This document shows positions 10,039-20,219 of a stretch of DNA of 20,472 nucleotides, one piece after another. This DNA is from Chiloscyllium plagiosum. Lineage: Eukaryota. The DNA is taken from assembly GCF_004010195.1 (NCBI RefSeq), contig NC_057720.1, forward strand, positions 13,173,722 to 13,194,193, written 5' to 3'. Below the pieces are notes generated by a model. The model saw only the letters and a list, made by a program, of their open reading frames with translations, was not told the DNA's origin and did not search any database. A program made the translations under genes and the position numbers. Numbering within the stretch: the stretch's first letter is position 1; each line of letters opens with the position of its first letter.

Positions 10039-13000
10039 TAGAGTCATAGAGATGTACAGCATGGAAGCAGACCCTTCGGCCCAACCTGTTCATGCCGACC
10101 AGATATCCCAACCCAATCTAATCCCACCTGCCAGCACCCGGCCCATAACCCTCCAAACCCTTCCTATTCATATACCCATCCAAATGCCTCTTAAATGTTG
10201 CAATTGTACCAGCCTCCACCACATCCTCTGGCAGCTCATTCCTTACACGTACCACCCTCTGTGTGTAAAGTTGCCCCTTAGATCTCTTTTATATCTTTTC
10301 CCCTCTCACCCGAAACCTATGCCCTCTAGTTCTGGACTCCCCGACCACAAGGAAAAGACTTAGTCTATTTATCCTATCCATGCCTCTCATAATTTTGTAA
10401 ACCTCTATAAGGTCACCCCTCAGCCTCTGACACTCCAGGAAAAACAGCCCCAGCCTGTTCAGCCTCTCCGTAGCACAGATTCTCCAACCCTGGCAACATC
10501 CTTGTAAATCCTTTCTGAACCTTTTCAAGTTTCACAACATCTTTCCGATAGGAAGGAGACCAGAATTGCCCGCAATATTCCAAGAGTGGCCTAACCAATG
10601 TCCTGTACAGCCACAACATGACCTCCCAACTCAGTACTCTGTACTCTGACCAATAAAGGAAAGCATACCAAACGCCTTCACTATCCATCTACCTTCAACT
10701 CCACTTTCAAGGAGCTATGAACCTGCACTCCAAGATCTCTTTATTCAGCAACACTCCCTAGGACCTTACCATTAAGTGTATAAGTCCTGCTAAGGTTTGC
10801 TTTCCCAAAATGCAGCACCTTACATTTATCTGAATTAAACTCCATCTGCCACTTCTCAGCCCATTGGCTCATCTGGTCCAGATCCTGTTGTAATCTGAGG
10901 TAATCCTCTTCACTGTCCACTACACCTCCAATTTTGGTGTCATCTGCAAACTTACTAACTTCTGAAAAACAACCCTCCACCACCATCCTCTGTCTTCTAC
11001 CTTTGAGCCAGTTCTGTTTCCAAATGGCTAGTTCTCCCTGTATTCCATGAGATCTAACCTTGCTCATCAGTCTCCCATGGGGAACCTTGTCGAACGCCTT
11101 ACTGAAGTCCATATAGATCACATCTACTGCTCTGCCCTCATCAATCTTCTTTGTTATTTCTTCAAGAAATTCAATCAAGTTTGTGAGACATGATTTCCCA
11201 CGCACAAAACCATGTTGACTATCTTTCCAAATACATGTACATCCTGTCCCTCAGGATTCCATCCAACAACTTGCCCACCACCGAGGTCTCGCTCACCGGT
11301 CTATAGTTCCATGGCTTGTCTTTACCGCCCTTCTTAAACAGTGGCCCACGTTTGCCAACCTCCAGTCTTCAGGCAGTTCACCTGTGCCTATCGACGATAC
11401 AAATATCTCAGTAAGTGGCCCAGCAATCACTTCTCTAGCTTCCCACAGAGTTCTCTGGTACACCTGATCAGGTCCTGAGGATTTATCCACCTTTAACCGT
11501 TTCAAGACATCCAGCACTTCCTCCTCTGTAATATGGGCATTTTGCAAGATTTCCTTAGTCTATATCTTCCATATCCTTTTCCACAGTAAATACTGATGCA
11601 AAATATTCATTTAGTATCTCTCCCATTTTCTGTGGCTCCACACAAAGGCCGCCTTACTGATCTTTGAGGGGCCCTATTCTCTCCCTAGTTACCCTTTTGT
11701 CCTTAATATATTTGTAAAACCCCTTTGGATTCTCCTTAATTCTATTTGCCAAAGCTATCTCATGTCCCGTTTTTGCCCTCCTGATTTCCCTCTTAAGTAT
11801 ACTCTTACTTTCTTTATACCCGTCTCAGGATTCATTCGATCTATCCTGTCTATACCTGATATATGCTTCCTTCTTTTTCTTAACCAAACCCTCACTTTCT
11901 TTAGTCATCCAGCAATCCCGATACCTACCAGCCTTCCCTTTCACCCTGACAGGAATATACTTTCTCTGGATTCTTGTTATCTCATTTCTGAAGGCTTCCC
12001 ATTTTCCAGCCGTCCCTTCACTTGCGAACATTTGCCTCCAATCAGCTTTCGAAAGTTCTTGCCTAATAACGTCAAAACTGGCCTTTCTCCAACTTAGAAT
12101 TTCAACTTTTAGATCTGGTCTATCCTTTTCCATCACTATTTTAAAACGCGTAGAATGATGGTCGATGGCCCCCAAGTGCTCCCCCACTGACACCTCAGTC
12201 ACCTGCCCTGCCTTATTTCCCAAGAGCAGGTCACGTTTTGCACCTTCTCTAGTAGGTACATCCACATACTGAATCAGAAAATTGTCTTGTACCCCCTTAA
12301 CACATTCGTCCCCACCTAAACCTTTAACACTATGGCAGTCCCAGTCGATGTTTGGAAAGTTAACATACCCTACCATAACTACCCCATTATTCTTACAGAT
12401 AGCTGAGATCTCCTTACAAGTTTGTTTCTCAATTTCCCTCTGACTATTGGGGGATCTATAATACAATCCCAATAAGGTGATCATCCCTTTCTTATTTCTC
12501 AGTTCCACCCAAATAACTTCCCTGGATGTATTTCCAGGAATATCCTCCCTCAGCACAGCTGTAATGCTATCCCTTATCAANNNNNNNNNNNNNNNNNNNN
12601 NNNNNNNNNNNNNNNNNNNNNNNNNNNNNNNNNNNNNNNNNNNNNNNNNNNNNNNNNNNNNNNNNNNNNNNNNNNNNNNNNNNNNNNNNNNNTTGTACAG
12701 GTCACTTCTGCCCCAAAAGAGATTCCAATGATCCAAAAATGTGAATCCTTCTCCCATACACCAGCTCCTCAGCCATGCATTCATCTGCTCTATCCTACTA
12801 TTCCTGCCCTCACTAGCTCATAGCACTGGGAGTAATCCAGATAAAACTACCCTTGAGGACCTCATTTTTAAATTTCTGCCTAACTCTGTAATGTCCCTTC
12901 AGAGTCTCCACCTTTTCCCTTCCAATGTCGTTTGTTCCAATGCGGACAATGACTTCCGGCTGGCCCCTCTCCCTGGTGAGAACATTCTGCACCCTCTGAG

Positions 13001-13378
13001 ACATCCTTGATCCTGGCACCAGGGAAACAACACCATTCTGCTTTTTCTCTGCTGGCCACAGAAACGTCTCTGTACCTCTGACTGCACAATCCCCAAACAC
13101 AATTGATCTCTTTGAAGCTGATGTACCCCTTGTTGCGTTCGAGCCAGTCTGAACACACCAGAAACTTGGCTGTTCAAGCTACGTTCCCCTGAGAATCCAT
13201 CACCACCTCCTAAATTTTCCAAAACAACATACTTGTTTGAAATGGGTCTATCCACAAAAAACTCCTGCATTCGCTGCCTACCTCTTACCCTTCCTGGAGT
13301 TAACCCATCTATGTGATTGTATCTGAGACTTTCCCCCCTTCCTACAACTGCCATCCATCACATACTGTTGCTGTTGCT
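10039..13378 (-). mobile_element. Long CR1/HER1 LINE copy: ORF1 SGNH esterase, APE endonuclease, RT and 3' tail; disrupted
   Basis: GDCAVRG / CFPGARIKDV / IGTNDIG / NAWLRSWC (esterase); IWVELRN, GLYYRSPN, NFPNIDW (APE); KSCLTNLIEF, YMDFSKAFDKVPH, KFADDTK (RT); tail ctctatgactcta. Confidence 0.95.
12581..12692. other. Assembly gap (112 N)
   Basis: Run of n in the sequence. Confidence 1.
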
Positions 13379-14004
13379 TATCACACTTTGTTCACTATAT
13401 TATCCAAAAGTTAATATCGTTAAAAAGTTAATCATTTTAATTGTGCCATTATATCTAAATAAAAGTTGGATATATTAGCGACATACTGATCTATCTTTAA
13501 TTCTTTGGCAAATGTACTGATGTTGCTGAGGTTCATAACATAAGAGAGTAAATGGGAGGCAAACGGAAGAATTTAGTAGGAAAAGTTCAAGATGCTTACA
13601 CATTTGGAATTTAATAAATGTTTCATTTTAAGTGTGCCATTATACCAGGCCATGATCGTGTTGAACAGTGTGATTTTGCAAGAATTCAATGATGCTTTGA
13701 CATGTTAAATTTTCGTACTGGTCTCTTTCTTTTATCCGGCATTTTACCAATTCATTGTTTTTCGACTTTATTGGGGATTAGTTGTGTGATTGAATTGACT
13801 TTTGCTGCTCATACGGTATTTTGAACTGCAGCATGAATTTCAGCCCCTCAAATTTTGCCCGTGTATTAGTCGACTCTGAGTTCAGCATTAAAAAATCCAT
13901 CTTCAAAATTCAACCTATACATGAGTATATACAGTATTTCCAAGTTAGATGGTGAGTGGCTTGGAGGGCAACTTGATCTTGTGTTGTTTGGCCTTGTTCT
14001 ATAT

Positions 14005-14121
14005 GGGCTGAAAATGTGTTGCTGGAAAAGCGCAGCAGGTCCGGCAGCATCCAAGGAACAGGAGAATCAACGTTTCTGGCATAAGCCCTTCTTCAGGCTT
14101 CTGCAGCCCTCACTTTCTCTC
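14005..14121. mobile_element. PLE mini-element (family A): one inverted arm plus a ~24-nt terminal tail
   Basis: Perfect TSD gttctatat (13996-14004, 14122-14130). Minus-strand cctgaagaagggcttatgccagaaacgttg, then plus-strand ctgcagccctcactttctc. Confidence 0.85.
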
Positions 14122-14798
14122 GTTCTATATTGAAGTGATTGTGGTTTTGGAAGGTAATGTCTAAGAAGTTCTGGTGAATTTCTGCAGAGCATCTTGTAGA
14201 TAGTGTGCATTGGTGGAGCAAGTGGATGCCTGTGGGTGTTGTGCCCATCAAGCCGACTGCTTTGTTCTGGCTGGTATCATATTTCTTTTGGATTGTTAGA
14301 GCTGCACCCGCCCAGGAATAGGATGTATTCTATCACACTGCTAACTTGTGGTTTATAGATGGTGGATCGACTTCGGGAGTCAGAAGGTGAATTGCTTAAA
14401 AAGCCTTCCATCATCCCAGTACCAAAGAAAGCACATGAAACGTGCCTTAATGTCTACTGCCCAGTGACTCTGACCTCCATAATCACGAGTGCTTCAAGAG
14501 ACTGGTCATCAGCCCGTCTTGATCACCTGCAATTTGCCTACCAATGAAACAGATCCATGGCAGACAACATTTCCATCACCCTACACTTATTCCTGGAACA
14601 TCTGAATAACCAGGACACCTGTGTCAGATTCCCTACTCATTGATCACAGCTCTGCCTTCAACACCATAATCCCCTCCAGACTAATCTCAAAACTCCAAAG
14701 ACCAAAATTTTGACTCCACCTTGTGCAACTGTATCCTCAGCTTCCTGACGTACAGGCCACAATCAGTGAAGATAGACAGCAGCAGCTCCTCTGTGATC

Positions 14799-15645
14799 AC
14801 CGGGGTAGGAGGGGTCTTTGATGATGTTGGCAGCCTTTCTGCAACAACAAGAAGTGTAAATAAAGTCCACGGATGGGAGGTTGATTTCTGTAACGGTCTG
14901 GACTATGCACACACCTTTTGTAAATTCTTACGGTACTGCGAAGAGCAGTTGCCATAACCCGGTCATTATGCACTCCAGACAGAATGCTTTCTATCGTACA
15001 TGTCTAAGGGTCCTTGGAACCCTGCAAGGATGCATTCTCAGCTTCCTACTGTACCATCTGTGCACCCACAACTGTGTTGCCAAATTTAGAATGAACACCA
15101 TCTACAAGTTTGTTAACAATACCACTGTGGCAGGACAGATATCAAACAATGATGAGTTAGAATACAGGAAGGATGATGCAGTGAAATCAATCTATCTTTC
15201 TCAAAGTCAGCAAAATGAAAGAACTGATCATTCCTTTCAGGACGAAATGAGGGGTCACACCCTCATCTTCATCAGTGGAGCTGAGGTGGAGAGGGTCAAG
15301 ATCGTCAATTTCCTTCGAGTGACAATAACCGACAACCTGTCTTGGACTTCACACGTAGATGTGACTGTTGAGAAGGCTTAACAACGCCTCTTCTTCCTCA
15401 GCCAGCTTAGGAAATTCAGCATGTCTGAAAGGACCCTTAGACATGTACGATAGAAAGCATTCTGTCTGGAGTGCATAATGACCGGGTTATGGCAACTGCT
15501 CTTCGCAGTACCGTAAGAATTTACAAAAGGTGTGTGCATAGTCCAGACCGTTACAGAAATCAACCTCCCATCCGTGGACTTTATTTACACTTCTTGTTGC
15601 TGCAGAAAGGCTGCCAACATCATCAAAGACCCCTCCTACCCCGGT
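14799..15645. repeat. 217-bp inverted duplication (14799-15015 vs 15429-15645), 1 mismatch, 413-bp spacer
   Basis: Direct base comparison. ORFs 14881+ and 15378- share the same first 46 aa. Confidence 0.97.
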
Positions 15646-15909
15646 ACTGCTCTCTTCCAACCTCTTCTGTCAGACAGAAGATATAGAAGCTTGGAACATG
15701 TGCACCACTAGGTTCAAGAACAGCTTCTTCCCTGACTTTGAGACTGCTGAATGGACTCTAACTTCATACAATGTTAATCTTGCATTGTGCACCTGTGCCG
15801 TTGTAACCTGTATGCCTTGCTCATTCTGAGCATGCTGTGATATGCCTGTACAGCTCACAAAATCAAAGGTTTTCACTTTGCTTAGATACATGTGACTACA
15901 GTAAATCAA

Positions 15910-16092
15910 CTAGGAGAAAGTGAGGACTGCAGATGCTGGAGATCAGAGCTTAAAAATGTGTTGCTGCAAAAGCACAGGCGGTCAGGCAGCATCAAAGGAG
16001 AAGGAGAATCGACGTTATGCCCGAAACGTCGATTCTCCTTCTCCTTTGATGCTGCCTGACCTGGTGCGCTTTTGCAGCAACACATTTTTAAG
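15910..16092. mobile_element. Fold-back PLE mini-element (family A) with TSD
   Basis: 70-bp arms 15947-16016 / 16025-16094 (4 mismatches), 37-nt tail at 15910-15946, perfect TSD ctacagtaaatcaa (15896-15909, 16093-16106). Confidence 0.92.
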
Positions 16093-16448
16093 CTACAGTA
16101 AATCAAATCAGCATCTCATAGTAAGCAGTTGCCCATTGTGCATGTACTTTCCAATGGGTTTCTTTCTTTTTACCTTCCCAGCTAAAGACAGAAGTAGCTC
16201 GTTTGGTCCCAAGAGACTGATACTTCCGGTCTTATCAGTCCTGAATTGTTTACCCTCTTTTGCTTTGTTACAAGTAGAAATTTTCATTGTTTATCTCTGA
16301 TCTCAATTCTTCCTTTCAGCTTAGTAATGAAACAGCAGTTTGCAAGAACAGTTTACAGCTGAAACTTGGTGGTTTACTCATGGTATCCTCAAAACTTGTT
16401 ATTATTCTTCTCTTGTAAATTCTTTGCAACTCTCGCAATAAAATTAGC

Positions 16449-17402
16449 CATGATGTGGAGGTGCCAGTGTTAGACTGGGTGGACAAGGTCAGAAGTCACA
16501 TAACACCAGGTTATAGTCCAACAGGTTTATTTTAAATCACAACGTTTCTGGGTGCTGCCCCTTCGTCAAGTGAAATGAAGAGAGCACACAGACTTTATAA
16601 TCAGAGAGATCAAAAGATCATACAAATGGTGTGAATGGAGTGTCGACAGGCCAAATAATAGGTCTGTGCAGGTGATCAAGGTTGTCAGATGGTCTGAATA
16701 AAGTGTAAATAACTGCATATTAAGTGAAGGGATGATTTATAATCCTATTAATTGACGCAGAGAGACAATTACAAAAAATTAAAAGTATAGTGGTGTTGGA
16801 GACAAACCAAATGACTGGATTAATGTAATAGGTATAAGAATTGCATGCTGAAGTTTAAACAAAGTAATAAGTGACTAATGAAGGTAGAGGGTGGTACGGT
16901 GGCAGAGTGGTTGCCTCACAGCGCCAGAGACCTGGGTTTAATTTCCGCCTCAGGCAACTGTCTGTGTGGAGTTTGTATATTCTCCCAGAGTCTGCATGGG
17001 TTTCCTCCGGGTGCTCCGGTTTCCTCCCACAGCCCGAAAAATGTGCAGGTTAGGTGAATTGGCCATGCTAAATTGCCCGTAGTGTTAGGCGAAGGGGTAA
17101 ATGTAGGGGAATGGTCTGGGTGGGTTGCTCTTCGGAGAGTTGGTGTGGACCTGTTGGACCGAAGGGCCTGTTTCCACACTGCAAGTAATCTAATCTAATC
17201 TTATAAAGGTCATAAGTTATCAAGGTGATGATGTCAGAACACGAAGTAAGGAATTTTTTACAGAACGGTATGGTGGACATGTAGCATTTAGCACAACATG
17301 AACACAAAGCCACTGTTGAGGCCATCTTGATGCGTATGGAACTTGACTATCGGTTTCCGCTTGGTGATTCTGCATTGTTGTGTGTCTTGAAGGCAGCCTT
17401 GA
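16449..17402 (-). mobile_element. PLE (family B-related): GIY-YIG C-terminus, 3' UTR and terminus; interrupted by an HE1 SINE
   Basis: Terminus matches 9460-9531. 17312-17400 antisense reads QGCLQDTQQCRITKRKPIVKFHTHQDGLN, like the end of a PLE ORF. Confidence 0.75.
16888..17200 (+). mobile_element. HE1 V-SINE with a small deletion after the A box
   Basis: Colinear with 1563-1876; tail gtaatctaatctaatc; possible degenerate TSD ctaatgaaggt / cttataaaggt. Confidence 0.9.
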
Positions 17403-18019
17403 TCCCTGGCTTCTAACAGTTAAACCATCCAAGCAATCTGTGAATCATTTGATCTCTCCTCCATTTAAAGCTATCATTTCCATGTATAGGAAACTTATTA
17501 ATTGACAGATTAAAATTTTAATAAACCTCACAATTCTAACTGCAGATTAAAATGAGTCCCAGTTTTAATGAATGTTGTTTGGGAGTTTGAATTCCATAAT
17601 GTTTCTTTGCAGACAATGATGATTACTCTTGATAGTGCACATGTTTGATCTCTTGTGTCCATTATGACAAGTTCTCTTCCTAAAGAATGTGTGTCTATCT
17701 TTTAGATTGTATAGTTGATGTGTAGCATATTGCAGCTCTCAACTTGATATGCTTTCTCACGTAAAACAAAAATAGTGGGCTTTTATTAAAAGTTGAGATG
17801 AAAATCTTCGATTTTTAATCAAGCTTCTACTTCAATCATGTTACTTGGATACTATTATGTATGAAAACAATTTTATTCCATTAGTACTTTTGCAAATGTT
17901 TGAGCAATAAACAATGGCTCCAATCATGTTTAAAATCGTGTTTCTTTTCATCCCATTTTGTTTTAAAAAAGACACTCCAGTAAATTTTAGGTAATGAAAT
18001 CATTAAAATTGACCCACTT

Positions 18020-18275
18020 CTCTATTCTGCTTGTCTCTTTCAATACTTTCCAAACAGTCAACCTCCAGGTGTTATTGTCATCACTGACTGTATTCCAGTT
18101 TTCAGTGTTCTTGTCAACCATCTTTATATTTCTTTTGCAGCTGTCCTTGTTGTGAGTGCCCAAGAGGTCATGATCTAGTGGCCAGTTCACTGTACAGAAG
18201 GGCTTTACATCTATGATCGTCATCATCTGATGAACATACTGAACCAACTCGGCTGACGTTGGCTTCGCTATGAGC
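18020..18275 (-). mobile_element. Old RTE-clade LINE 3' coding fragment
   Basis: YVHQM...KDSCKRNIKM..NTENWNTVSDDNNTWR resembles the RTE HVxRM...KDxxKRxxK..WE..A.DR..WR motif. Confidence 0.7.
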
Positions 18276-19439
18276 AAATGCGAATAAATTTAGTCATCGA
18301 TAACTCATTTCAGGCTCTCATAATGACTCAAAGAGAAATCATTACTGGAGCTAGCCTTGTTGTATTTGAGTAGATTGGAATGGGAGACCAGTCTCATTGA
18401 GCTAGAAAATGAAGAATTATGGAGAAGTTGGTAGGGCCAGCCAGAGCAATTACTGTAGAGAAGTCAAGAGTGAATAATGTAACATGATCGCAGACGCAAA
18501 TACTGTTCGTGAAATCAACCAAAGGAGTATTAGTGCAGTCAGGAGCATAAAAGAAATTTGAATAGAAAATTTTGAAAAGAAGGAAACAATAGAAACAAAA
18601 GATCAAGCCCATTTATCTGATGCTTCCCCCCCGCCCCCCACGTGCATGCGCACAATATCTGAAAACACCTTGTCAGCAATGGAATACTTTTACAAGCCAT
18701 CCAAAAGTAAGGCTCCATTAGAACTTAAGAGGAAAAGACAGTAAACACAGATGGTAGTTCGGTGGGGAAAGTGGGTTGACAAAAATGTGCTGAATAACAT
18801 GATGATACCAGTTTGAGAGAGAACATTAGCATGCCAGAAATGCTTTTGAGTCATCAGCAAAGAAGATTGAAGGGGTTAAATCTAATTATTACTTTTCATA
18901 AGAACACCCCACAATCATTCACAGCCAAAAAAATACATTTAAGTGTTATCATTTTGATGGATCTAAGCAAAGCAGTCTGTCATCCAAAATGCAGCAGTAA
19001 TACTTTATCAAACTGTACAGAACTCCATCAAAATTGCATTGGTATCGGTTTGAATTGCACATTTAAACCTCTTGTCCAACTTGAATCTGTGACTTTCTGA
19101 CTCCAGAGGAAAAAGAGCTATCATCGCCTAGATCAACATCTTGGAACAGGTAGATTTAATAAACAACTGTAAATAAAACATAACAATTCTTAGTTTCATG
19201 GTAATCAGACCGATCGAGTTTATTCTGGATTATTAATGACAAGTCATTTTCAGTATAGTTAACATCTCCTGAGAGATTTTAAGTCACTTGGATATAGAAA
19301 GAGAGTTCTCCTTTTTCTATGACCATGTTATTGGTAAGGTTAGTTAAGGCAGGGCAGAATAAAGAACGTTGAAATCCAGAAAAGTGTTCAAATGGGGATG
19401 TATTTTGACATTGACATTTTCTTCTCTTTGCTGCTGACT

Positions 19440-19742
19440 TGGGCCGTCAGGGCATAGACAGAGTGTTTACCTACTTAACATAACTGACTGAAAGCCATAC
19501 AACCATGGTAACCCAAGAACCAAGCCAAAGGTGTGCCACGTCTGCATCAGGAAGTTGCTGTCCAGTGATAATGTTGTTTTGAGCATTTCAAAGCCAGGAA
19601 CATCTTCAGTGACCAATAAGTAAACTCTCTTAGCACCTGTAAAGAGTTTGATTTAACTATCGCCATCAGGAAAACAAATATAATGGACTAGGATGCTGCC
19701 TGTTGTCAATGTGGCACTGGAGATTGATAGCTTCAACCTGTC
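19440..19742 (+). mobile_element. Old RTE-clade RT fragment
   Basis: Degenerate VYL...KPYN...TK.KV.HV.IRKLLSSDN (LLYADD), HLQ, CKEFDLTIAIRKTNIM. Confidence 0.7.
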
Positions 19743-19774
19743 ACGGCTTTACAGTCACAAGCAAATGGTTGCTT

Positions 19775-19935
19775 TGCTCCTGAACTCCCACCCATATGGT
19801 ATTGTGGGCATACCTATACCAAATGGACTGCAGTTCAAAAAGGCAGTTAACCACCACTTCCTCAAGGACAACTTGTGAAAAGTAATAAATATTGGACCAC
19901 CCAGTTTCAGCAACATTGAGTGCATGCATTTTTTA
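19775..19935 (+). mobile_element. 3' end of the same LINE family as 9565-9760
   Basis: tcctgaactccc...tgtgggcatacctatacca..tggactgcagttcaaaaaggcag..accaccacttcctcaagg...aataaat. Confidence 0.7.
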
Positions 19936-20021
19936 AAACCTTTTGCTGAAATCAACACACGAAGTACAAAAGTTGCAGCTGTTTTGTCCAAGCTAATTAG
20001 ATTGCTTTAAACAGCAAGATC

Positions 20022-20188
20022 AAAAATTGTTGGAAAAACTCAGCAAGTTTTAAGAACTGAAAGAGAGTCACTGGACCCAAAATGTTAACTCTGCTTTCTT
20101 CCACAGATGCTGCCAGACCGGAGTTTTTCCAGCAATTTCTGGTTTTGTTTCTGATTTCCAGCATCTGCAGTTTTCGTTTTTTTTTGTG
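20022..20188. mobile_element. Degenerate fold-back PLE mini-element (family C) with TSD
   Basis: caaaaattgttggaaaaactc vs gagtttttccagcaatttctg; tail ending ccagcatctgcagttttcgttt; TSD ttaaacagcaagatc (20007-20021) / ttaaacaacaacatc (20189-20203). Confidence 0.7.
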
Positions 20189-20219
20189 TTAAACAACAAC
20201 ATCCTGACTGAGAAACTGA

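Larger units (their letters stand above)
9764..13934. mobile_element. Non-autonomous Tc1/mariner-superfamily (Tc2/pogo-like) DNA transposon, ~830 bp of own sequence, split by a CR1
   Basis: TIRs ccatatgtactcgtatataagtcaa (9764-9788) and tcaacctatacatgagtatatacag (13910-13934) match 17/25 with only transitions; TA follows the right TIR. Internal copy 9790-9805 is an exact 16-bp inverted match to 13910-13925. Confidence 0.75.
9565..14397 (-). mobile_element. Old CR1/L2-group LINE 3' part in pieces (9565-9760, 13937-14004, 14122-14397)
   Basis: 3' tail (antisense ttcattcac...catttattgcc...gagaaggtggtgatgagctg) matches 19775-19935 and the Deu-SINE tail. The sequence resumes after the DNA transposon as tttccaagttagatggtgagtggcttggagg. 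Confidence 0.7.
14398..16110 (+). mobile_element. Decayed Rex1/Babar LINE (RT to 3' end)
   Basis: IIPVPKK..CLN.Y.PVTLTSII, LDHLQFAY, CNCILSFLTYRPQSVKI, QGCILS, FLRVTITDNLSWTSH; tail tacatgtgac...aatcaaatca. Confidence 0.9.

Noticed and set aside
11825..12784. 319-aa ORF, the longest in the track
   Set aside because: Artefact of reading through the N gap, which joins CR1 ORF1 esterase to APE remnants.
14881..15563. Two ORFs with identical N-termini, suggesting a duplicated gene
   Set aside because: Antisense translation of the inverted duplication in Rex1; not a gene.
18100..18140. Strong-looking plus-strand splice acceptor (tttcttttgcag)
   Set aside because: Explained as the antisense strand of the RTE remnant.
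18394..18612. Minus-strand ORF with CVCDHVTLF, resembling a GPS (CxCxHLTxF) motif
   Set aside because: No upstream Trp/Cys context, pyrimidine-rich low-complexity surroundings, a stop soon after and no convincing donor site; probably chance.
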